Source: Wickerhamiella versatilis
Taxonomy: Eukaryota
Assembly (NCBI GenBank): GCA_030867685.1
Contig: JAQOWU010000002.1
Span: forward strand, 1-33,932
DNA: 33,932 nt
Direction: 5' to 3'
Of this stretch, positions 1 through 9,759 are shown in pieces. The stretch's first letter is position 1, and every line of letters starts with the position of its first letter. A program made the translations under genes and the position numbers. The notes under the pieces were generated by a model. That model saw nothing but the letters and a program-made list of their open reading frames with translations, was not told the DNA's origin and searched no databases.

Positions 1-1673
1 TAATAAATATAAAATCTGAATGTTTATTTTATTTAATCTAAGAATGTTTATTAATTCAATATTTCTGTTCAGACCATTGGCGATAAGGTTTATGGTCGAG
101 AGGGAAACAACCCAGAACAAAATTAAAGTTCCTAATATAATAATAATAAGAAATAAGATAATTTTTTTAATAATTCAATCAGTTTGTAGGTTTGACAGTA
201 ACTATCTTATTAATAAAAGTGTAACAACTTACTGATTCATATCAAAGATATGAATCAATATATATTTTAATAAATATATATGATTCATAATTTTTAATTA
301 AAAGAATATCGATAATTTATCGGACTTAAATTATTAAACTGATATTTTGTAATAGAATTATAATAATATAATATCTATTGGTAATTGCATAATCAATGAA
401 ATAAATATTAAAATAACTAAAAATTTTAATATAATAATTATATTATATAATTATATTAAATTGATAAAAGAATGTTTACATGAGTAACGAAAATAAAGTT
501 AAAATCTTTATCATTATCACATAAGGTATAATAAAATACAATATTTAAGTAATAGATGAAAATTATTATTATAATAATAAAAATATATTAACTAAAAATG
601 AATTATTAGATAATAAATAAAGAAATTATATATTATAATATATAATTTTGTAAACCTAATAATTACCAGAAAAAGGGTTAATAAAGAATTGTAATATATA
701 CCGACACAGGTGTGATGAACTATAAAAAAGTAAAGATGAATGAGCGAATTATATATAATGAACTCGGCAAAAATACTCAAAATGTTGATTAAGAGTAAAA
801 AATAAAATAGCACGACTGTCTACTAAAAACAAAGCACTATGCAAAAATGTAAATTATAGTATATAGTGTGAAAACTGCCCCATGTTAAATGCTAAATTTA
901 AATATGAAAGTATTTAATATAATATTTAATAAATGGCCGTCTTATTCTGAGGACGATAAAGTAGCGAAATTCCTTGTCAAGTAATTATTGACCTGCATGA
1001 ATGGTTAAACGATGTTATAACTGTATCATATATAAGCTCAGTGAAATTGGAGTAGTAGTGAAGATACTATTTATTAGTGGTTAGACATGAAGACCCTAGC
1101 ATCTTAACTATATGTTGAAAATTGTAAAATTATATTTATTTTATATTACATTTTTAATGATATTTAATATTTATAATATTACTAACCATTAATTATATTT
1201 AATATTAAATTAATTAATAATAATTAATTTATTTTTTTTATTATTAATTTTAATAATTATATTAAATAATTGGGACAGTTACAACATGATAGTTTGACTG
1301 GGACGGTAGGATTAGAAAAAGTATCTAATCTGTCTATTAGATAAATTAATAAATTATTAAAAATATATATTATATTAATATATAAATAATATAAATATAC
1401 CATATATTTATTATATGGTTAAATAATAAACAAGAATAAGATATCATTAACTTAGGGGAACAACTAAGATCTATAAAAAATGTAGATTAATAAAGTATAA
1501 TAATATAATGATATTAAAATAATGAGACTTACAAGTCAAAATAGTATTTACGTATAGTATAATGAACAACTATTGATGAAGTTAATCATAGTGATAACGA
1601 GTAAGATACGCTAGGGATAACAGCCTAATATTGTGTGAGAGTTCATATCGTAAACAATGATTGGGACCTCGAT

Positions 1674-2039
1674 AAATTAATTAGCCATGATGTCGAGGAT
1701 AAATTGGGTGAATTGCAAGAAAATCTAAGGTTTAATTAAACTATGATAACTTGCAGCGAAGTTTTATCTATACAATAATTAATAATTATTAATTATAAGG
1801 ATAATAAACGTTCAACGACTAATGATTGAGTAGTATAACAATAATATCAACAAGAGCGCCCAACAATTAATAATATTATTATTAATTGATGACATAGTCT
1901 GAACAATTTAATAAAATAATATTAATTATTTTATTAATATATAGTAATTATATATATATATTATAATATAAATTTACTATATAATGGAAACATATTGAGA
2001 TTAAGTATTAAATGTACTTAATATAAACATATAAAATTG
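1674..2039 (+). mobile_element. Group I intron (IA-like), no ORF, at E. coli-equivalent L2504
   Basis: Interrupts CCTCGAT^GTCGGC and ends in G. IGS GTCGAGG pairs with exon CCTCGAT. Core motifs TCAACGACTA and GACATAGTC. Confidence 0.9.
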
Positions 2040-2120
2040 GTCGGCTCAACCTATCCTCCAGGATGCAAAATATTGGAAGGGTATGACTGTTCGTCATATA
2101 AAAGGTTACGTGAGCTGGGT

Positions 2121-3723
2121 TAAATTAAAAAATATTATAAATTTACAAATCTGTCTTGTCAATATAATATTGCTCACGTTAATAAAATTAATCTTAGCCC
2201 ATTAAAATTGTGAAATTTTAATTAAATTTGGCTGAAAACGGTGAAGACTAAGTACTAAATGTAATATTAATATTACATTTTATTATATGTTAATACCGTG
2301 GTACTTCAAATAATAATTTAATAAATTATTATTGTGAACACTGTAACGACTTAAAATATTTTATAATATTTTAGACTTAATAGACATAAATAAAATAATT
2401 ATTCTATTTATGATATCTAGTTATGTAATAAGGCCAATATCTTATAAATTAATTAATTAATAAAAAAAATAAATATATATATTAAAAAGGTAAATCATAA
2501 AGAAATGATTAAAAATAATAAAAATAAAATGAAAAACAATAATAATAAAATAAATTTAAATCCTTATTATATATCAGGATTAGTACAAAGTGATGGTAAT
2601 TTTAGTGTTAGAACTAATAAAAAAGATAATAATATTTGATTATTACCAGCATTTAATATAACATTACATAAAAAGAATGAAGAATTAATAATAAATATTA
2701 AAAATTATTTTAATGTTGGACATTATCGTATAGATAATAAAGGTTATTGTAGATATAATGTAACAGATTTAAAAGATTTAAATAATATTATTATACCATT
2801 CTTTTTAAAATATCAATTAAAAAGTGAAAAATTTAATAGTTTTATTATGTTTAAAATTATATGTAATAAATTAAATAATAAAGAACATTTAAATTTAATT
2901 AAAAATAAGAATATTAAATATAATAAATTAATTAAGGATAATAATCCTAATTTAATATTTACTAGTAAATTTAAAGGATCATTAAGTAATATAAGGTTTA
3001 ATATTATTAAATTATATTTAATAAATTTAGCTTATAATATTAATCCATTATCAAATAATCGTAAATTAAAATCAAGAGAAAATTTATTAAAATTTTTAAA
3101 TAAAGATGAACGTTTAATAGTATTATCTAAAGATTTAAATTATGAATTATTAATTAAACAAGAAATTATTAAATATAAAAATAATGATAAGATTAATATT
3201 GATTTTATTAAAGGATTAATAGATGGTGATGGTAGTATAACTACATATATTACTAATGAATTATCATTAAGAGTAGATTTTTCAATAACTCAAGATATAC
3301 ATAATATTTCATTATTATATGAAATTAAAGAATTTTTTAATAATGTAGGTAATATATCAGATTTAAAATGTAATGCATTTAGATATGATATAAGAAGTAG
3401 ATATGATATTCTTAATGAATTTATACCTAAATTTAATAATAATTATTCAAATGGTATAAATAATAATGTAAGATTATTTAAAATAAAATATATGATTAAA
3501 TTATTAGAATTTATTAATAATAATAATTCTTCAATAATTAAAAATAAAGAACAATTAATTAAAGTATCTAAATTAATGTATTGAATATTTAATAATGTTA
3601 ATAATTTAACATTAAATCAATATATTAATTTTATGTTAAATAAATTTAAAAATAAAATTAATTAATTTAATTTATAAGATAAAGCTATAGTCTAAGTAAT
3701 ATCGAAAGATATTTTGAAACTTA
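2121..3723 (+). mobile_element. Group I intron at E. coli-equivalent L2584 with a LAGLIDADG ORF
   Basis: Interrupts GCTGGGT^TAAGAACGTC. IGS TCTTAGCCCA at 2192-2201. Core motifs TAACGACT and CTATAGTC. Boundaries were set by the IGS pairing. Confidence 0.85.
2505..3665 (+). CDS. Double-motif LAGLIDADG homing endonuclease, free-standing in the rnl intron (about 386 aa)
   Basis: With TGA=Trp the frame runs ATG2505 to TAA3665. Motifs YISGLVQSDG and FIKGLIDGDG. Confidence 0.9.
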
Positions 3724-4083
3724 TAAGAACGTCGACAAGACAGTTCGGATAATATCTGCCACTAATTACTGAAAAAGGTAACCTCTCATTTAGTACGAAA
3801 GGATTAATGAGACATTATCACTGATGAATTTTTGATATCATAAAAATATTATATTTTTATGTTGTGAAAATTAGTTAAATAATGAAATTTTTAAGAAATA
3901 CTTATAGCATATCAAGTATGAAATAGTTTATCTTATTCAGTTTAAAAACTTATTAGATTAATAAGTATAAATAAATATATTAAATATATTTATTATTATA
4001 TTCGGTTAATTATTTAAATTAATAAATTAATTTCGAATTATTTTCTTATTTTATTATCTCTTATTTTATTATTAATATTATAA

Positions 4084-4155
4084 GCTGATTTAGCTTAATT
4101 GGTAAAGCAATCGTTTTGTAATCGATAGTTAGTGATTCGAGTTCACTACTCAGCA
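4084..4155 (+). tRNA. trnT: tRNA-Thr(UGU)
   Basis: Cloverleaf, anticodon loop TT-TGT-AA. Confidence 0.9.
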
Positions 4156-4225
4156 TTGCATTATAAATAATACTAAGTAATATAAATATACTCAGCATCA
4201 TTAATTAATTTATATTAAAAAATAA

Positions 4226-4313
4226 GAACATATGACTGAGTGGTTTAAGGTGGAACACTTGAGTTGTTTTATTCCATATTTTGGAATCACAAGTTCGAAT
4301 CTTGTTATGTTCG
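4226..4313 (+). tRNA. trnS: tRNA-Ser(UGA)
   Basis: Cloverleaf with long variable arm, loop CT-TGA-GT. Confidence 0.92.
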
Positions 4314-4335
4314 ATTTATAAATAATATATATATA

Positions 4336-4561
4336 TTATATTTATATAATAAAGTCATTAATTATAATATTCATATATTATTACAGAAAATATAATACAT
4401 TAAATATATATATTTAATGTATATTGAAATAAAAAAATATATATTATTAATTATAATAATTAATAATATAATAAAATATTATATATATAAGAATTATATA
4501 TTATATATTATATAGTTTTTAGAGGTAAAATTTATATAAAATAATGCTTATTTAAATATAA
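4336..4561 (+). ncRNA. rnpB: Probable RNase P RNA
   Basis: P4 halves AAAGTCA (4351) and ATAAAATAATGCTTAT (about 4536-4551). Internal ACAGAAA (4383) and TGAAA (about 4425) motifs. Terminal P1 TTATATTTA/TAAATATAA. Lies between tRNA genes. Confidence 0.7.
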
Positions 4562-4589
4562 TTAAATATATATTATTTATAATTATATA

Positions 4590-4663
4590 CTGATTGTAGT
4601 AGAATTGGTATATACATTAAATTTAGGATTTAAATTTTATGGGTTCAAATCCCATCAATCAGA
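4590..4663 (+). tRNA. trnL: tRNA with UAG anticodon, probably Leu, short variable loop
   Basis: Acceptor CTGATTG/CAATCAG, discriminator A, 7-nt loop TT-TAG-GA. Confidence 0.8.
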
Positions 4664-4725
4664 TAAGATAATCAAATTAATCAAATGATATGATTTTTTT
4701 TTATATAAAATAATTAATAAACTAA

Positions 4726-4796
4726 GCACTCATAGTTTAATGGTAAAACATTAATCCACGAAATTAATGATATAAGTTCAACTCTTATTGGGTGTG
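4726..4796 (+). tRNA. trnR: tRNA-Arg(ACG)
   Basis: Cloverleaf, loop CC-ACG-AA. Confidence 0.88.
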
Positions 4797-4817
4797 ATTA
4801 TTTTATTTAATTAAGAT

Positions 4818-4889
4818 AAGAGTATAGTATAACGGTTATTATTTGCGACTTCAAATCGTGAGATAGGGGTTCAATTCCTCTTGCTCTTG
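4818..4889 (+). tRNA. trnW: tRNA-Trp(UCA)
   Basis: Loop CT-TCA-AA, consistent with TGA=Trp. Confidence 0.92.
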
Positions 4890-4970
4890 TTAATAATATT
4901 TATATAAATAAATATTATTATATAAAGTAAAGTTTAAAAGTAAATAATAATAATAATTAAATAAATTTAT

Positions 4971-5041
4971 GATCTTATAGTTAAATGGTATAACGTTAGA
5001 TCTTCATTCTAAAAGTGTAGGTTCAATTCCTACTAAGATTA
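4971..5041 (+). tRNA. trnE: tRNA-Glu(UUC)
   Basis: Cloverleaf, loop TC-TTC-AT. Confidence 0.9.
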
Positions 5042-5051
5042 TAAATTATAT

Positions 5052-5124
5052 CGCAATATAGTGTAATTGGTAAACATATAAGATTCATGATCTTATGCTA
5101 CAAGTTCAAATCTTGTTATTGCAA
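5052..5124 (+). tRNA. trnM: tRNA-fMet(CAU), initiator
   Basis: CAT anticodon, C1-A72 mismatch, resembles the yeast mitochondrial initiator (GCAATA...TATTGC). Confidence 0.88.
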
Positions 5125-5148
5125 TTAAAATTTAAATTAAAATTAAAT

Positions 5149-5220
5149 AGAATGATAGCTTAACGGTTAAAGCCAACCACTCATAATGGTTTGATCAGAG
5201 TTCGATTCTCTGTCGTTCTA
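5149..5220 (+). tRNA. tRNA(CAU), probably Ile (AUA-reading), otherwise Met
   Basis: Loop CT-CAT-AA. It is the third CAU tRNA besides the initiator-like and elongator-like ones, and ATA is used at Ile positions. Confidence 0.8.
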
Positions 5221-5283
5221 TAAAACCTCATATTAACATTTAATATTAAATAAATTAATATAAATATTTAATAAATATTAACT

Positions 5284-5341
5284 ACGACGAGGGAATCAAG
5301 AACTCAATACTAAAGTATTAGTTCGATTCTCTGTCGTTCTA
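5284..5341 (+). repeat. Fold-back unit derived from the tRNA(CAU) 3' end
   Basis: AGTTCGATTCTCTGTCGTTCTA is duplicated and preceded by ACGACGAGGGAATCAAGAACT. Confidence 0.9.
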
Positions 5342-5353
5342 TCTATTAATTAA

Positions 5354-5362
5354 ATATAAGTA
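5354..5362 (+). promoter_or_regulatory. Promoter ATATAAGTA upstream of trnL-Q-K-P-V
   Basis: Exact consensus match. Confidence 0.55.
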
Positions 5363-5399
5363 GTAATTATTATAATATATATATGCATAATTATTATAA

Positions 5400-5481
5400 A
5401 TCAATCTGGTGAAATTGGTAGACACGTTATAGTTAAGTTATAATGCTTTTATGCATGAAGGTTCAAATCCTTCGATTGATA
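5400..5481 (+). tRNA. trnL: tRNA-Leu(UAA)
   Basis: Loop GT-TAA-GT, long variable arm. Confidence 0.92.
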
Positions 5482-5587
5482 TTTTTTTAATTATAAAATA
5501 AATAGATATATAATTTATCTATATATATTTTTTATCTTATATTATTCTTTTTTAATAAATATTGGACTATAATCCAATATTACATAT

Positions 5588-5662
5588 TAGATTGTAGACT
5601 AATTTGGCAAGTCAGTTTAAATTTGAGTTAAGATGATGTAAGTTCGAACCTTACCAATCTAA
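5588..5662 (+). tRNA. trnQ: tRNA-Gln(UUG)
   Basis: Acceptor TAGATTG/CAATCTA, loop AT-TTG-AG. Confidence 0.85.
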
Positions 5663-5724
5663 AATATATAATCTAATATAAATAAATAAATATTTATATA
5701 ATATATAAAAGGATTTATATATAG

Positions 5725-5796
5725 GAGTATATAGTTTAACGGTTAGAACATCTACCTTTTAAGTAGATTATATGAGTTCAATTCTCATTATACTCA
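5725..5796 (+). tRNA. trnK: tRNA-Lys(UUU)
   Basis: Loop CT-TTT-AA. Confidence 0.92.
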
Positions 5797-5859
5797 ATAT
5801 TCCTTTCTTAGGGAAATATTCTTTAATATAGTAATATTAACTAATAATAGATATTAATT

Positions 5860-6013
5860 AGTATAATGGAGAATGAACTTACCCTTGGGTCGTTCAATTC
5901 TCATTATACTCAATAAAAGAAACAATAAATAATAATTATTATAATAGTAATATTATTTATTTCAAATAACTAGTATAATGGAGAATTAACTTAATTCAAT
6001 TTTCATTATATTA
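5860..6013 (+). repeat. Two tRNA-Lys-derived fold-back units (5860-5912, 5972-6013)
   Basis: GTTCAATTCTCATTATACTCA is identical to the trnK 3' end and is preceded by its near reverse complement. Confidence 0.9.
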
Positions 6014-6041
6014 TAATTATTAATAATTTATAAATATAAAT

Positions 6042-6113
6042 CAGACATAGGTTAAATGGTGAGACGCTGATATTGGGCATCAGAGATAGTTAGTTCGATT
6101 CTAGCATGTCTGA
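6042..6113 (+). tRNA. trnP: tRNA-Pro(UGG)
   Basis: Loop AT-TGG-GC. Confidence 0.9.
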
Positions 6114-6134
6114 ATATTATTTTATAATATAAAA

Positions 6135-6207
6135 AAGGTATTAGTTTAATGGTTAAAACGTCTATTTTACACATAGAAGAGTAATAGTTCAATTCTATTA
6201 TACCTTA
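6135..6207 (+). tRNA. trnV: tRNA-Val(UAC)
   Basis: Loop TT-TAC-AC. Confidence 0.92.
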
Positions 6208-6271
6208 GTCAAAAACACTATATATAATTATTATTAATATAATATTAAATATTATATTATGATTAATCACT

Positions 6272-6774
6272 AGGTATAATGGAATTATGAACCCCTTTTA
6301 GGAGTTCAATTCTACAATTAATAATTTTATTATTAATTGTAATATCATTTAATAAAATTAAATGATATAGTATACCTTATAAATTATTATAGATTATTCA
6401 ATTATATTAACGGTATAATGATGAATTGAACTAATCCTTGGATAGTTCAATTCTACATTTAATAATTTTATTATTAAATGTAATATCATTCAATATTATT
6501 GAATGATATAGTATACCTTATCCAACAAACATTATATTAATAATATTATTAATATAGTAATATATTGATTATAAGTTATATATTCTAGGTATAATGGAAT
6601 TAAACCTCTATGAAGTTCAATTCTACAATTAATAATTTTATTATTAATTGTAATATCATTTAATAAAATTAAATGATATAGTATACCTTATAATTATTTA
6701 TACATTATTTAACCATATTAATGGTATAATAATGAATTGAACTCACCTTTGGTCGTTCAATTCAGTATATCTTA
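6272..6774 (+). repeat. Array of four tRNA-Val-derived fold-back units (6272-6379, 6412-6520, 6587-6690, 6723-6774)
   Basis: Each unit starts GGTATAAT, contains GTTCAATTC and ends TATACCTTA (TATATCTTA in unit 4), like the trnV 3' end. Confidence 0.9.
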
Positions 6775-6844
6775 GTAAAAATACTATATATAATAATTGT
6801 ATAACACAAATGTTAACGTTACTTATATAATACAATTAAGTAAT

Positions 6845-6932
6845 TGAATATGACAGGAATTGAACCTATATAGCAAATATATGCTACTAAGACTACAGCT
6901 TAGCTAGTAATACCAATATACTAAACATATCC
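6845..6932 (-). tRNA. trnY: tRNA-Tyr(GUA)
   Basis: Loop CT-GTA-GT, long variable arm. Confidence 0.9.
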
Positions 6933-7134
6933 ATAAATTATAATAATTTAATATATACCTCTTAGTTCACTATATTTAAACTTTGGATAGTGAAATATAT
7001 TACTTTTATAAATTATATATATAATATATATTATATATATTGTAAAATAAACTACTAATAAGAATTAATTTAATTAAAATTAAGTTAATGATTATTATTA
7101 ATTATATAATAATCAACTAATTAAATTGATTAAA

Positions 7135-7884
7135 TTATTGTTCATTTAATCAATCTAAGAATGCTGGTAATGAAACAGCATCAATAGCTATAGGCATTTC
7201 ACTATGAGCTACTCCACATAATTCACTACATTGACCATAGAATCTACCTTCACGTTGGATAATAGTACTAGCTTGTAATAATCTACCTGGTGTAGCATCT
7301 AATTTTATACCTAATGCAGGTACTGCAAAACTATGTACAACATCACCACCTGTAACAATAAATCTAATATGAGTATCAACAGGTAATACTACTCTAGTAT
7401 CAACATCTAATAAACGTAATTGTCCAAATTCTAACATATCATCAGGTATTACATATGAATCAAAACTAATAGTTTCACCACTATCATTTATAAAATCTGA
7501 ATATTCATATGATCAATATCATTGATATCCTATACATTTAACTGTCATAGCTGGATCTATAACATCATCACTTAAATATAATAATATAAATGATGGGAAT
7601 GCTATTAATGTTAATATAACAATAGGGAATAATGTTCATACAAATTCTAATAATGATCCATGTACTAAATATTTATAACTCATTTTATTATTATTAAATG
7701 TTCTTAATAATGTTATTAATAAATAAAATACTAAACATAATATTAATATTATATAAAACATAATTGTATCATGTATTTCTGTTATACCTTCAGCTATTGG
7801 TGATGCTGAATCTTGTAAATATAAACCTCAAGCTTTAGGTACATCATTATTTACTATAAAATTTAAATTTAATAAATTTAACAT
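7135..7884 (-). CDS. cox2: Cytochrome c oxidase subunit 2 (249 aa)
   Basis: MLNLL...NDVPKAWGLYLQD, GYQWYWSYEY, CuA motif [12 protein letters not shown]. Confidence 0.97.
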
Positions 7885-8118
7885 ATTTATTCTTTTTTTT
7901 TATTTCTTGAAATATTTTAATATATTTCCCTTATATAATTTTTAATTAATTTACGAACTCAATAATTTATTATTATTATTGTTTATCGTTATATATATAT
8001 ATTATTATAAATTAAATTATTTACATTAATTATTATAATTTATTAATTATTAAAAAGTATATTGTAAAATTAAATATTATTTTTATATTATTATTTTTAT
8101 ATAATTATTAAAAAATAA

Positions 8119-8382
<264 letters not shown>

Positions 8383-8398
8383 TTATTATTTTTAATAT

Positions 8399-8407
8399 TA
8401 CTTATAT
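8399..8407 (-). promoter_or_regulatory. Promoter ATATAAGTA upstream of atp9-cox2
   Basis: Exact consensus match 50 nt before the atp9 ATG. Confidence 0.7.
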
Positions 8408-8424
8408 ATTTTATATTATATTAA

Positions 8425-9420
8425 TTAAAAATGACATAAAGAAACATTAATATTATATTTACCATTTTTATTAATAATATATGATTGTGATTTAGTTAAA
8501 TTAGCTGAATAATTATTTAATTTAAAATTTCTAATAGGATTATAATTTTTTAAAATTAAAGGATTAATATTTAATTTACCATTATTATTATAATATCTTA
8601 ATGCTCTAGCATTACTTTCTGAATTATAATTTTTACCTCTAAATTTTCAATCATATCCAATAATATATTTATATAATAAATTATTATTAATAATTAAATC
8701 TTTATTATAAAAATATAATGGTTTTTCATTAATATAATATTTATTATGATTATTATTTGATAATAAATAATCTATTTTATTCATTATTGATATTGTATTT
8801 AATTTATCTGATATAAAATAATTTAATCATGGTGTACTATTATTATTAACTTTAATATTATTTATTTTATCAAATTTAGGATATTTAGATATAAATTTAC
8901 TTAATGATTTACTATAAATATTACTATCTAAATAATCATATTTTAATATTATTGGTTTAATTTCTAAATTTATATCATTTATTTTATTTATTTTTAATAT
9001 ATTATCTATAATTTTAGATATAAATATATTATTATATTTATTTAATGGATTATATATAAATAATATTATTTTTATAGTATTATTATTAAATAATAATATA
9101 GGTTCTCTATATAATATATTTATATATTTATTATTATTAGTATTAGGTAATTTAATAATTTGATTTAATATATAACTTATATATCTATTTATTAAATGTT
9201 TATTATTTAATTTATTTAATAAATTATTATTATTAAAATTATATATTATTTGTGAATAATCTCATTTATTATTATAATTATTTAATGATAATTTATTAAA
9301 ATTATTATTATTATTATTTAATAATCTCATTTCATTTATTTTATTATTATTTAAATGTTTAATTAATTTATATATTATATTATTAATATATATCTTTCTA
9401 ATATTATTATTAATTTTCAT
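8425..9420 (-). CDS. rps3: Ribosomal protein S3/Var1 (331 aa)
   Basis: Asn/Ile/Lys-rich frame ATG9420 to TAA8425 with NKWDYSQIIYNFN, LYKYIIGYDWKFRGK and a C-terminal INKNGKYNINVSLCHF typical of Var1. Confidence 0.9.
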
Positions 9421-9543
9421 CTAATTAATTTTATTTAATTATTCTTATTGTCTATATATTATATAAATATTATATTTATATAATCTTTTTTTTTACTCTA
9501 TAAATTATTATTTAATATAAATTTATTATATTAAATATTTGGT

Positions 9544-9616
9544 TATTTAGAGCAGGGATTGAACCTACATTGATTACATATGAGGTAACTGTTTTAACCA
9601 ATTAAACTATCTAAAC
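9544..9616 (-). tRNA. trnM: tRNA-Met(CAU), elongator-like
   Basis: Loop CT-CAT-AT, resembles yeast mitochondrial elongator Met. Confidence 0.88.
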
Positions 9617-9663
9617 GATTATTTATTTATATAATATATATATATATATTATATATTTATAAT

Positions 9664-9736
9664 TGTCCCTAACATGAATTGAACATATACACCTAAATCT
9701 TCAATTTAGTGCTCTAACCATTTAAGCTATAGGGAC
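9664..9736 (-). tRNA. trnF: tRNA-Phe(GAA)
   Basis: Loop TT-GAA-GA. Confidence 0.92.
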
Positions 9737-9759
9737 TTAAAGGGGTTAATATGGGGTAA

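Larger units (their letters stand above)
1..4020 (+). rRNA. rnl: Large subunit rRNA, 3' part; exons about 1-1673, 2040-2120 and 3724-4020
   Basis: Motifs AGGGAAACAACCCAGA, GTAGCGAAATTCCTTGTC, GGGATAACAG, ACCTCGAT^GTCGGCTC, GAGCTGGGT^TAAGAACGTCG and the sarcin-ricin loop AGTACGAAAGGA. 3' end is approximate. Confidence 0.95.

Noticed and set aside
20-813. ORFs 20-235 (+) and 592-813 (-)
   Set aside because: Both lie within conserved rnl sequence.
6272-6774. CRISPR array
   Set aside because: Mitochondrial context, no cas genes, units about 105 nt and tRNA-derived, and spacers partly duplicated.
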